A DNA stretch of 64,000 bases, from positions 862,721-926,720 of the forward strand of contig CM119271.1 in NCBI GenBank assembly GCA_051294375.1, read 5' to 3'. This stretch comes from Paraspadella gotoi. Its lineage: Eukaryota > Animalia > Chaetognatha. The position numbers were made by a program, and so were the translations under genes. Positions 10,981-21,489 of the stretch are shown here, one piece after another (position 1 is the stretch's first letter; every line of letters begins with the position of its first letter). The notes below the pieces were generated by a model that ran no database searches, had not been told where the DNA came from, and was given only the letters and a program-made list of their open reading frames with translations.

Positions 10981-13345
10981 CGAGTGGGATTGCCCAGGTG
11001 TAGGCGGAAGCATTGTCTGATGCGACTAAGACATAACTAAATCCAGCGACTGGGGGAAGATGCATGACATCGATGCTTAGTGATTCCCACGGTGCGACGG
11101 CCAGATTGGGGGCCGATGGGGTTTCGTTGTGTCTTTGCGTATCTGTTGCCTTGGCACAGTTGTCGCAATTTCTAAGGCATTTCGCCGCTGCGGTTGACAG
11201 TCCGGGAGCAGAGATGTACTGGGCAGTAAGGAAGGCCGTACGATCGCGGCCTGGATGTCCAAATCGCTCGTGGAATCGTTTGGTGATGATTTCGGCCTTT
11301 TGGGTTGGTACGATGAACTTCTTGGTGGGTGTGTCGGCCCTGAAGCCCTTGATGATGAGTATGTCGTTGTTGGTGATGTCGAGGTCATCCAGGCAGTTTG
11401 ACAAATACCTTTCAGTTACTGTCCTTCTCTTTTGCATTACTTTTTCCAAATTTTGTTTTGCTTTTTCGCGGTTGCCTTCTTTGAGGGCATCGACGACCAA
11501 TTTGAAGGACTCGTCCTCTGATTGCCATTTTTTTATTTCGGCGGCGAGCGGGACGAGGTCTGGTTGTCTTTCCTGGGGTCTGGTGATTTCAGTAGCGATT
11601 TCAGCTTCTGTAGCATCAACGTCTGCTTCGAAAGTGCTGTCTATCATGAGTTCTTGGTCAGCGCCTGCTTTTACCACCTCTATCGTGTCTGAAGTTTCGA
11701 TAGGTGGCGTTGTGGGACTCTCGGTGTTTGTTGCGTTCAACTGGATATTCATGAAGTCCTGGGGGAGAGTGTCGATGTGCCGGGTGTCCACCTTGAAGGT
11801 TTTTGGCCTTCCCCTGCGTTCTGGTTGTTTGAGTGACTCGACCTTGATGGTTTGCACTGGTCCTAGGTTGACAGGTCGCAGGGGTGTAGTTAGGTCCTTG
11901 TCTTCAACCAGGCTGACTTGCCCGGTGATGGTTCTGAATATTTTCAGCGACCTTTCATTTGTTTGGTGACCATATACTCTTTCGTACTTGCAGCCCGTTT
12001 CTTTGGTTGAATCCTCGTCCATCATGATTAGGGTAATTCCGATCATTTCACTGAGCATCTCGAGTTCGGGATGACCAAGACTCCAATCTTTGGCGGATAT
12101 CGTTCTGATGAAAGTATCGGGGTCTCTTGTTTTCGGTTTGCCATATAGCTTCTCTATATTGGCTTTCCTCTGTGAGAATCTTTGTCTTACGAATTCAAAG
12201 AATCTTGCTCTGAAAGCTTTGGCATCCTCATTTAATGTTTTTGCAACTAACGCCAACGTGGGGGCGTGTCCCGTGATAAGATCCAGATGTTCTGGGTTTT
12301 GTTGATCGTAGACGGGATTTTCGGCAAAACCTGGTTCGTAATTTCCACTTACGTCGAACCCTGCTGGGAAGAAGGGTGTGTCGAGGGGCGTCACTTGACC
12401 TTGGTCAGTGAAGCGGGTCAGGAAGTCGGCAGGGTTGTCTTCACTTTTAACTAGGATGACTTCCCTGGGTTGGCATTCTTGTCTGATCTCCGTTATCCAC
12501 CTGAGTACATTGGTGGGTAACAACTGTTGTCTGTCATGTTGGAGATCCATCACCCTTTTGAAGTACTGTGAATCGGTGACGAGGGTGACGTTTCGTCCGC
12601 AGGTGTATCCCTTGAATTTTCGGACCATCATGTTAAAGGCGAGTGTTTCTAGAATGTTGATATGCTTTATCCTATACTCGTCCGGGAATGATTTCGAATG
12701 AAAAGACAACGGGTACTCGACGCCGTCCGCAGTGGCGGTTATTAATCCGCCCATTGCGCTTGTGCTGGCGTCTGCATATATTCTGTATGAGCCGTGTTTA
12801 ATTCTTGCATCATTGAGGAAGTTTAACCCAGGTGATGATCTGATTTCCTCGACGAGCAGCTGCAGCATTTCCATGTGTTTGCTCGTCAGTTTGAAATCTT
12901 TTTTGTCGATCAGGGTGAGGGCGTGGAGAGGTTGGGCGATGTAGGAGANNNNNNNNNNGAAGCATCTGTAGTAATTTAGTGATGCTAGCATCGCCCTGAG
13001 TTCCTTTTGCGTTTTTAGCGACTTCAGTTTGACCTCGACGGCGTCAAGTTTTTCTCTTTGCGGCATNNNNNNNNNNTTGGAGATACTGAAGCCTAGGATT
13101 TTTATGTCCTCTTTGCGTAGCAGTACACTTTTTGTCCATTTGAGGACCACGTTCTCATCTCTGCATCTCTGCAGGAGGTCGCGTAATCTTTGGGCCATGT
13201 CCTCTGGAGACTTAGCTGTGAGGATTAGATCGTCGACATAGACGAGAAAACTCTTCACATCTGTGCCTAAGTCTTTGAAGATTTCGTCCAGAATGGCTTG
13301 GAGGACGTTGACGCTGTTGACGCCTCCCATTGGCAGTTTATTCAT
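10916..13345 (-). CDS. pol: Pol: RT core, RNase H, extra domain, integrase HHCC and first catalytic Asp
   Basis: RT motifs LPMG and YVDD; RNase H motifs YADAS, ILET, VTDS and NPADFLTR; HHCC motif HERFGHPG...CDNC; PWESLSID. Confidence 0.92.
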   Translation of the reverse strand: MNKLPMGGVNSVNVLQAILDEIFKDLGTDVKSFLVYVDDLILTAKSPEDMAQRLRDLLQRCRDENVVLKWTKSVLLRKEDIKILGFSISXXXXMPQREKLDAVEVKLKSLKTQKELRAMLASLNYYRCFXXXXSYIAQPLHALTLIDKKDFKLTSKHMEMLQLLVEEIRSSPGLNFLNDARIKHGSYRIYADASTSAMGGLITATADGVEYPLSFHSKSFPDEYRIKHINILETLAFNMMVRKFKGYTCGRNVTLVTDSQYFKRVMDLQHDRQQLLPTNVLRWITEIRQECQPREVILVKSEDNPADFLTRFTDQGQVTPLDTPFFPAGFDVSGNYEPGFAENPVYDQQNPEHLDLITGHAPTLALVAKTLNEDAKAFRARFFEFVRQRFSQRKANIEKLYGKPKTRDPDTFIRTISAKDWSLGHPELEMLSEMIGITLIMMDEDSTKETGCKYERVYGHQTNERSLKIFRTITGQVSLVEDKDLTTPLRPVNLGPVQTIKVESLKQPERRGRPKTFKVDTRHIDTLPQDFMNIQLNATNTESPTTPPIETSDTIEVVKAGADQELMIDSTFEADVDATEAEIATEITRPQERQPDLVPLAAEIKKWQSEDESFKLVVDALKEGNREKAKQNLEKVMQKRRTVTERYLSNCLDDLDITNNDILIIKGFRADTPTKKFIVPTQKAEIITKRFHERFGHPGRDRTAFLTAQYISAPGLSTAAAKCLRNCDNCAKATDTQRHNETPSAPNLAVAPWESLSIDVMHLPPVAGFSYVLVASDNASAYTWAIPLVRLHLGNPTATSRRRYHSEKP

Positions 13346-13403
13346 CCACCAGTTGTGTCCGGCTCCGGCGAAGGTTGTGACCGGTTTGCAGCGGTCTGAG
13401 AGA

Positions 13404-16400
13404 TTAAACTTGGTGGAAGCATGCTAAGATGTCGACCGAGCATTGGAGCTCGTGTGGCTTGTATTGCTCTAATATCGATGCTATCGTTTGAGGCTCAGTT
13501 GCATAAGTAGAAATGTTGTTGTTGACAGCCGAGAGGTCACAGATTAGTCGCCATTGTTTTGCAAAGGTTTCATCATTCATCTGATCCTGGCCTTCAGCGA
13601 TGTGTCCAGGTTTTTTAATGAGGAAGGCGTTCGAATAGGCTTCGTTCCTTGTCCTGGAAACGATGCCAGCCTTCTCATAAACCTCCAGATATCGCTTGAG
13701 GGCGGCCTTTTTGACGGGTCCCTGATTGGCGAATTTTGGTTTTGGGAGATCGTCGTTGGTGTAACCCAAGTCTACCTTGTAGTTGAGAAATCCCTCCTTG
13801 CAGTCATTTATGGATTCGCCGAATACATCTCGATATTCCCATACGATATCCCAGACTAGTTTGGCCTTTTCTCTAAGGCTTGGGTCGACGTCTTGAAATG
13901 GTTTTAGAAAAGCTTCTTTTCCTCGCTCGTCATGCTTCTGTTTTCTCTTTTGGCGGGCATCCTCGACTGCTTTAAGTTCTTCAGCACTTGGCTTGTGATG
14001 TATTATGGTCGTGGCTGGGATGTGATCCTTTCGGACCTTCCTTAGAATAGGTTCCTTCCCAGACAGGTCAGCTTGTACCGGTTCGGCCGTGGCATCGGTC
14101 TCAAGGTGTAGTTCCGTCTTTGCCTCGTTAGTGATCAAGGGGCGTGCTGTTCCCCAGTGGCCGGGTTTGGCATCAAGTTCGATTCCCTCCTTTAGCTGAT
14201 CACCGTCTGCGATGTACATTTTGTCATCGTTTTTTGCTTCGATGATCCACCTCGTTCCGGTCAAGGTTTTCCAAAACGCCTTGCTGGAGGTTACCCTGGT
14301 TCTGCCATTTTCGTCCTTTTCGGCATGTATGGGTAAGGTGGTTTGTTCATCGATGTTCCCTCGCGCGAGCCATCTTGCCGCCTTTAGCGCCTCATATTTG
14401 TTTCCGAATAAGTGTGTAATGGGTCTGTTGTCCATTGAGGCGATTTGCAGGTCTTTTCTTTGGTCAGATGGTTGCACTACCCAGAGCTGATTTGGTGGGC
14501 CTGGGTTGGTGACTGCGGTTCCGATGATTATGTCTTGGTCGTTTTCGTCGGCTGAGACATAAAAAACTGTTTTCAGAACCCAGTTTTGGAACATTAATCT
14601 GAGGTTTATCCTTTCCGTCAAAGTGATCGTCCCGGTGGCCGTTGATAAGCGCAGAGGCGCTCCGTGGTAGACATGACTTGTCAGTCCCCATTTCTCAACG
14701 AATTTTCTTGGTACCGTGTTGATCGAGGCGCCCGTATCGTATAAGCAGCTGGCGGGTGCTCCAGCGATTACTGCTGGGATGTAGCTGTTTCTACCTGTGT
14801 GACAGGCAAGGTCTGTGTCATCCCTAGGTTTAGGTCCAGGTCCCTTCTGCACCGTGTTGGTTATCTTTTCGGGCAGGCCGGGCATGTCCATTTCATCTCG
14901 GTGAGTTTCTGGCTTTGCTTTTTCAGGAGGGAAAATCTCGGGTTGGTGACATTCAAATTCTATTCGTCTGATCGTTGCCTGGTGGAGAGATTCCCCTGTT
15001 TGTTCGCCGGCTATNNNNNNNNNNGTAGGATTGTTTTTGCTACCGGCTGGTCGTAATTTCCTTAGGCCAAGTCTCTCACTACGTTTTGCCGGGTTCGGCC
15101 TGTTCTTTTGTTTTTGCTGCGGGTGTGGGTAGGCGATGGGGAGAGTATCGAGAGACTGACTGACTGGTCGAGTTGGTCGATCGGTTTGACTGGTTGATTC
15201 GAACGGTGGAGTGAAGTGGTCGAGTTGGTCAGTTTGGTTGACTCCGTGGTTGGTCGAGTTGACTGGTCGACTCGTTGGTTGATTGGTTGGTTGATTTAAC
15301 TGATTGGTGACATCGTCATTTCGCTTTGCTCTCCTCATTAACTTAGCACAAGCTTTCGATCTCGAAATGATGGCTTTTTTTCCTGCTGTGTCTGTGAGCG
15401 GCCATTCTTGCCATCCCATCTTGTGTAGAAACTTGTTTGCGAGGGCAAGTTCGTTGGCGTCCAGAGGTTTTAATAGTTTATACATTCGTGCCGCTGTCGA
15501 TTTCCCTCTTAGCCTATTCGCAGTATTAGCAAGAGCTTTTACTTTTTCCCTGAGGTGAGGCTCGACATTTTCTGTTTTTATCGACATTACTTTATCTCCC
15601 AGTTCTTTGTAGGAATCTTTTAGCTGTTGTTGTTGTTCTTTTGTTATCTCGGCTTTTCTGAGATTGTTCTTGACAGGGTTGTAATAGAATTCGTTTTTGT
15701 TATCATCGAAATCAGAAGCAGAGTCAATATCAACAGCATGGGTTGAGTCTACCATATCTCTCCTTTTTCCAAAATTTTTGTTCTTCCTCCCCTTTCTATC
15801 GTCACACCAACTTGGCTTTTTGTCATTTTTCCATTCGCGGTTTTTGAACGATTTCCTCTCCTGATCCCTGTTGGGACTGCGTCGATCTTGTCGATCGAAG
15901 CGATCCTCTCGGCGATCCTCTCGGCGATCGATTTGGCGTCCGCTTCGTCCCAGCTCCTTCTTGAGATCTTTCATTATCTCGCTCATGTTATTCATCTCTT
16001 GTAACATTGAGCCTTGGTAGAATGCCATGGCGCTAGCATTCGGGTCCTTGTCAGTCTGTCCCTTTTGCTCCAGGGCGTTGACTAACTTATCTCTGTCGTC
16101 CTCGGAGACAGTTTTTACGACTTTCCTGACGGTGCCGTCGTTAGTTTTCTTGAGGTAACCCCTCAATTTATATTCTATCGCCTTTCCAAGGCGACGGGTT
16201 TCACCGTGTTCGAGCATTGTCGTCCATTCAAGAGTTTCCGACGTGATTCCGGGCACGTAAGGTTCGAGGGCTTCTACGAGCATTTGGGCGACGTAGTCGG
16301 GGATGGAAGCCTGATCCTTTTCCCTGACGGCTTCAAAATTTTCCTTTGCAGCGTTGATGAGAGCTAGCCCGTATTTGGCGTGAATAAGCGGATCTACCTC

Positions 16401-16952
16401 GATCTTCGCTTCAGCGAGGGCTTCGGCGATGCTTATGGTGGAGCCCTCGCAGAACGCCCTAAGGCCGAGCCACATAGATTGATTTATGGGCTCGACGTAC
16501 CGGCTGGCGACCTTGTCCCTAGCGAGGAGGGCACGTAACTGTTGGTCAACCTTGTCTGGTGTCGGGGAGTCCTTGAAGGCCTCGTAAAAGCTTCTGAGGA
16601 AGTCGGCTGGGGACTCGTCGGGTCTTCTCTTTTCCAGTTCGATGGGCTGTTCGGACGAGGTGTACGAGGGCGGGTCGCTTCTCCCGCTTTCAGATGGTGT
16701 TTCATCTCGAGGATTCTGACAAAGTTTCACTGATGGTTGTCTCAGAAGGAGTTCACGGGGTTGGTCTGGACGAGTTGTTTCGCGGAGGTTGTGATATATC
16801 CCCGAAGGAGCTGTGGTAGATGTCCCGTTGACGTCCCGTTGGTTGTTGTTGTTGCTAGACGTCCCGTTGACGTCCCGTTGGTTGTTGTTGTTGCTAACCT
16901 GGGTCATCATCTCCTTCATCATTCCACGGAGGTCGTCCATTTTTGTTCCCAA
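13404..16952 (-). CDS. gag-pol: Gag, aspartic protease and start of reverse transcriptase
   Basis: 1182-aa ORF with protease motif CLYDTGAS and RT N-terminal motifs (AFLIKK, WRLICDLSAVN, SVDILACFHQ). One extra base near 13409 shifts the frame; RT continues as FNLSDRCKPVTTF...KLPMG. No CCHC knuckle seen in Gag. Confidence 0.88.
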   Translation of the reverse strand: MGTKMDDLRGMMKEMMTQVSNNNNQRDVNGTSSNNNNQRDVNGTSTTAPSGIYHNLRETTRPDQPRELLLRQPSVKLCQNPRDETPSESGRSDPPSYTSSEQPIELEKRRPDESPADFLRSFYEAFKDSPTPDKVDQQLRALLARDKVASRYVEPINQSMWLGLRAFCEGSTISIAEALAEAKIEVDPLIHAKYGLALINAAKENFEAVREKDQASIPDYVAQMLVEALEPYVPGITSETLEWTTMLEHGETRRLGKAIEYKLRGYLKKTNDGTVRKVVKTVSEDDRDKLVNALEQKGQTDKDPNASAMAFYQGSMLQEMNNMSEIMKDLKKELGRSGRQIDRREDRREDRFDRQDRRSPNRDQERKSFKNREWKNDKKPSWCDDRKGRKNKNFGKRRDMVDSTHAVDIDSASDFDDNKNEFYYNPVKNNLRKAEITKEQQQQLKDSYKELGDKVMSIKTENVEPHLREKVKALANTANRLRGKSTAARMYKLLKPLDANELALANKFLHKMGWQEWPLTDTAGKKAIISRSKACAKLMRRAKRNDDVTNQLNQPTNQPTSRPVNSTNHGVNQTDQLDHFTPPFESTSQTDRPTRPVSQSLDTLPIAYPHPQQKQKNRPNPAKRSERLGLRKLRPAGSKNNPXXXXIAGEQTGESLHQATIRRIEFECHQPEIFPPEKAKPETHRDEMDMPGLPEKITNTVQKGPGPKPRDDTDLACHTGRNSYIPAVIAGAPASCLYDTGASINTVPRKFVEKWGLTSHVYHGAPLRLSTATGTITLTERINLRLMFQNWVLKTVFYVSADENDQDIIIGTAVTNPGPPNQLWVVQPSDQRKDLQIASMDNRPITHLFGNKYEALKAARWLARGNIDEQTTLPIHAEKDENGRTRVTSSKAFWKTLTGTRWIIEAKNDDKMYIADGDQLKEGIELDAKPGHWGTARPLITNEAKTELHLETDATAEPVQADLSGKEPILRKVRKDHIPATTIIHHKPSAEELKAVEDARQKRKQKHDERGKEAFLKPFQDVDPSLREKAKLVWDIVWEYRDVFGESINDCKEGFLNYKVDLGYTNDDLPKPKFANQGPVKKAALKRYLEVYEKAGIVSRTRNEAYSNAFLIKKPGHIAEGQDQMNDETFAKQWRLICDLSAVNNNISTYATEPQTIASILEQYKPHELQCSVDILACFHQV

Positions 16953-17239
16953 GTTGGCTTCAAGTCATTTACGCGGCCCTTGAGGACGGCGATTTCTTGT
17001 CTGTTGTGCAGATTGACGTCGTTGATTATCTTGAGCACTTGGAGGGTAACCTCTGCTTGCTCGTTGCCCAATTGGCAGTGTTGCTGCAGGTAACCACTGA
17101 GTTCGAAGGTATGGAACTCGAGGTCGGCTGTAGTGCTGCTACCGTTTTGCTCCAGAGCGGCGCTCGTGGTCGGCGTCGCAGGCCCTTTTTTCCATCCTGC
17201 CTTGGCGGGCGGGATTGTCGGGGCGGGGTTTGCGTCCAT
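16919..17239 (-). CDS. gag: Gag N-terminal segment (frameshifted from the main ORF)
   Basis: First ATG after the PBS (MDANPAP...). Restoring one base near 16960 joins LKGRVNDL to EANLGTKMDDLRGMMKEMM, a continuous coiled-coil-like sequence. Confidence 0.6.
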   Translation of the reverse strand: MDANPAPTIPPAKAGWKKGPATPTTSAALEQNGSSTTADLEFHTFELSGYLQQHCQLGNEQAEVTLQVLKIINDVNLHNRQEIAVLKGRVNDLKPTWEQKWTTSVE

Positions 17240-17304
17240 CTTCTTTAAGGGTGGCGTGGTTCTTGGTGGGTAAGGCTGGTTCTTCTTCGTGGAGACGTGG
17301 TGAG

Positions 17305-17325
17305 TCGAATCCACTCCTGTCACCA
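17305..17325 (-). other. Primer-binding site (tRNA 3'-end complement, Leu-like)
   Basis: The minus strand reads TGGTGACAGGAGTGGATTCGA, complementary to a ...TCGAATCC(C)ACTCCTGTCACCA tRNA end that includes the T-loop and CCA. The Leu assignment is an inference from similarity to metazoan tRNA-Leu 3' ends. Confidence 0.85.
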
Positions 17326-17638
17326 CAAATAAGTAAGCAGACAGGGATTTCTAGGCGAAACCAAAGTGGATTTTATTTCTTCAGAAAATAGACGTTAATA
17401 CAAAACGGTGTCAATTTTTGGGGCAGAGTGAATCAATACAGTTTCTGGTTCTCTTTTATATCGTTCAATCGGATCAGAGGCATGGGTAAAATTTACAGGC
17501 GGAAAGAAGCCCATGTGCTCATTGGCCGGTGCCATTTGTTTCTTGGCCAATGACAATGTTCCATTCTTCTCTTGGTGGCTTTTCTGCTCGCGTCGTTGAC
17601 CCGATTTCGATTCTACAGTCTTGATTCCTCTGCGATGC
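17326..17638 (-). repeat. 5' LTR
   Basis: Exact direct repeat of 9354-9666, followed on the minus strand by the TGG-starting PBS. Boundaries are ambiguous by 1 nt because of the flanking C/G runs. Confidence 0.93.
17425..17552 (-). promoter_or_regulatory. LTR Pol II promoter (CCAAT boxes, TATA, Inr-like)
   Basis: The minus strand shows ATTGG and CCAAT boxes, then ATATAAAA (17454-17461), then TTCACTC ~25 nt downstream. Confidence 0.6.
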
Positions 17639-17769
17639 CCCCCTCCCTCCCTCTCCCACTTCCTCGCTCTCCTTTCCTTTCTCATAATCTCCTTCTTCTC
17701 TTCTCGTCACTCGAGACAAGAAAACGAATTTTGGTCTTTGATCCTCGTTTTTCTTCGTGACCCGAGAGA

Positions 17770-18360
17770 CAGACAGACCGACAGGAGTAACAGATTGTCC
17801 ATGCCGACAAGAGTTACAGACCAGCAGACCAACAATAGTCACTGACTGATAATAGTGACAGAGCGTCAGATCAACAAGAGTGACAGTCCGTCAGATTGGC
17901 AAGGCTGACAAAAGACAGACTGACAGATAAACAAGTGACAGATCGACGAAGTCGACAAGGGGAGAGTCATGCCGACAAGAGCGACAGATCGACAAGAGTG
18001 ACAGACCAATGAGTAACAGATCGACGAGGCTGACAGACCCTCAATAGTGACATATCAACAAGAGTGACAGACCGACAAGAGTAACAGTTCGACGAGGTCA
18101 AGAGACTGACAAGAATGACCGACCTACAGATTGACAAGAGTGATAGATCGACAAGAGTGACCAACTGACAGACCGACAAGTGACAGATTGATGAAGACAA
18201 CAAGAGTGACAAATGGACAGTCAGACAAGAGTGACAGACCGACACGACTGACAGATCGACGAGGCCGACAAGAGTGACAGATCAACAAGGCAGAAAAAAC
18301 GCACAAGAGTGACAGACCAACAAGAGTGACAGACCGACAGGAGTGACAGATCAACAAGAC
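17770..18360. repeat. Degenerate ~17-bp minisatellite (GACAAGAGTGACAGAYC)n
   Basis: Recurrent ACAAGAGTGACAGA units. Confidence 0.85.
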
Positions 18361-21300
18361 AGAAAAACTTGACACTAAAAAAAAATACTCGGCATTCAAG
18401 GTATAATTACTTGGAACTGAATTCTGTAGATAAAAAAAAATATTACTTAACTTATGATATTATTATTTTCAAATCACAAAATTGGAGGGAAAAAGAGAAT
18501 CAATAAATACGACGACGATGATGACGATGACGATAACGGTGATCACGACGACAATGATGACGATGACGATGGCTAGCAGTACGTCTCTACCTCCACGCGG
18601 TGCTTGCGGGAACATCCTTTTAGATGGCAAAAAAGACGGGAGTAAGACGGGAGGAAGGAAAAGCCGAAAGGCGGAATCCCGATCTGTTTTCTTGGGTAAC
18701 GGAGAGGGCCAGGCCCAGCTGACCTGGTCAGTGGTCACCTCCCCCTCTTCCTCCCCCTCCCTGTCTTCCACTATCTTTCCCCACCCTTTTTAAACAACAT
18801 TCTGGCAGCAGCCTCTCAAGGCAAGTCTCAAGTCTACCATCTTAGACATCTTTGAGAGTGAGGTAGTCCCTTGTTGGACGAATGCCTTTCAAGTCAAGTC
18901 AAGACTGATGTATGTCTATAAACAGATTAAGGATTTAATTAGGGATTTGTTTTAGGGATTGGGTTATGGGTTAAAATTTAAATGATAAAAGCACAGAAAT
19001 GGGGCGCTTTTGGAAAACAAAGCCATTTTTTTCAACCTACGTATTTTTTTCAAATTGCATAATTTTTTTCAATTTGCATTATTTTTTTACCTTGCATAAT
19101 TTTTTAAACTTTATTAATTGTTTTACTTTTCAGAATTTTTTCAACTTCCAGGATTTTTTCAACTTGCTTAATTTTTTTAATTGATTTAATTTTTTCAACT
19201 TGCATAATTTTGTCGGTCTGTCGGTCCCACCCCAAAATCTTGTTGGTAAATAATTTTTATCATATCAGAATATCCAATTATAATAAATTATGCAAAAAAA
19301 TTATATCCGTCCGTCTGTCTGTCTCACTGTCTGAAGGTGCGTCCCACCTTTTCATTAAACTCCAATTAGTGGATATAAAAATTTGATGGAATCGTGCAAG
19401 TGGAAATGAGTTTAAATTGAAAAAAAACTAAAGTCATATTTTGTCATCTACTACAATCACATAAATCATTATTATTGAATCAATAAATCTTTAACATAGT
19501 GAAATGATAGTAAATTGCAAGTTGAAAAAATTATTCGAGTAGAAATTATGCACATCCGACATTGTTTGCTCAAATTTCTTTTTACATAATTTATCATAAT
19601 TTGATGTTCTGACATGAACTCAGTGACTTACCGACAATATTTAGGGGTGGGACCGACGGACCGACAAAGTCGGAATCTGCGAAAAGCAGATCCGACTAAA
19701 AATTAACAAAATGGGGCATTCTGGGAAAATAAGGCAGCGTTTTGTAAAGTAATGCACAGTACAGAAGAAAATGTTAACTTCCTAAAAATTAGTAAGAGAG
19801 TGAGAAGGAAACCCAGAGTTAAATAGAGACAGACAGCGACGGATCCCAAAAGTATACATTATTATCAAGGTCTCAAAAGAATTAAGTCTGTCAGTTTAGC
19901 CCTGATCAACCAATAAAGAATTAGGTCAAGCGATGTTCATACACTCTTGCCAATCTACTCATAAAATCAGTTTAGCCCTGACATCGTTCAACCAGTTAAT
20001 CCATTGACCTGATTTTTTTCATTCTCTCTTTTTCCGACTCGTAAACGAATCCTGATTCAACAACGTCCGTCTTTTTTTCTCTCTTTCGCAAAAGATGATG
20101 AAATTCTGCGAATCAATTTCTAAGAAATAAGATTAGGGAAGTTGAGTTATTTGTTTTTAAGCTTGGATAAGAGGAGGAGAATGAAGAGGAAGAGGAAAAG
20201 AAAGATCTGGAAAAGGAAAAACAAGAACCGGTTTAAGGTGATGAGTCGCAGTTACTTTCTTGAGTCGGTCTATCGGTCGTTCCGTCGGTTGGTACGTCTG
20301 TCCGTCGGTCTGTTCCACTTATATTTTCCCTATAGTTGGTTGCTTTTTTGTTAAGACAGGAAAAAACCTCAAATCTTAAGTGACAGCGAGCGACGCCTTC
20401 AAGAAATCCTAAAACTAAAATAGAATAAAAGACGGAATTTTGATGCAGTGCATGTCATAAATGTACGGGCTAAGAAAGTTATTGTTGTCATGTAGTCATC
20501 TTATGTCACGTCATGTCATGTCTTGTCATGTCATGTCATGTCACGAGAAATACACGTGATAAGGCAGTCACTGCGGCGCAACTCATTTGAATTACCGTTC
20601 TTGTTTTTGTTATTTGACTGCAGTAAAACGAAACATATGCACATTTTGCAAATTTAGGTTAATCATCTTAATACCAAAATGATGCAGTATAGCAGAAGGT
20701 TCAAATGCGATTCCTGAAGCTGCTTTTCGATTATTCGCGGCGCAAATAATAATACTGCAGCGCAATATTTGCCCTTTCTTCTCCTCTGCTCTGTTTCCTT
20801 TATTAATACTGAATATTAATTATTAATTATTATTACTTAATATTATTGCTTAATAATTAATTTTAATACATCGTTTCCCCATGGTATTCTCCATTTTTCT
20901 CCTCTATGCTCTTTGCTACCCTCATCTATCCTCTTCCCCTATTCTTAACTTTTCTCTCTTCCTCCTTTCCTTTCCTTTCCTTTCCTTTTCTCTCTTCCTC
21001 CTCTCCTTTTTTCTTTTCTTTCCTCTCTTCCTCCTCACCTTTTTTCTTTCCTTTCTTTTCCTTTCCTCTTTCTCCTCTCCATTTTTCCTTCCTTTCTTTT
21101 CCTTTCCTCTTTCTCCTCTCCTTTTTTCTTTCCTTTCCTTTCCTTTCCTCTCTTCCTCCTCTCGTTTTTCCTTTCCTTTCCTTTTCTTTCATCTCTTTCT
21201 CCTCTTCTTTTTTCTTTTCTTTCCTTTCCTTTCTTCAGCCCGTCGTAAGACAACCGACCGACCTGCGTTTACAATCTTGTTATGACGTAAAACAATGAAA

Positions 21301-21432
21301 AAGTTAAAAAAGGATAAAGCTCTCTCTCTCTCTCTCCCTCTCTCTCTCTCGACGCGATGCGCGCGCGGGCTTTCGTTTGCGTGTCCGAACGTGTGAAGGA
21401 CACGCGGCCGCAACTTGCCATGGTGCGCGTGC

Positions 21433-21489
<57 letters not shown>

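Larger units (their letters stand above)
9355..17638 (-). mobile_element. Full-length Ty3/gypsy (Metaviridae) LTR retrotransposon, recent insertion
   Basis: Two ~313-bp direct repeats identical by eye (9354-9666, 17326-17638). A PBS follows the 5' LTR and a PPT precedes the 3' LTR. Domain order is gag-PR-RT-RH-IN. Probable 4-bp TSD CCCC (9351-9354 / 17639-17642). Confidence 0.95.

Noticed and set aside
11064-11969. 301-aa plus-strand ORF
   Set aside because: Antisense shadow of pol with no recognisable motifs.
18482-18793. 103-aa ORF or exon
   Set aside because: It is partly a (GAC/GAT)n repeat, with no convincing splice sites or homology.
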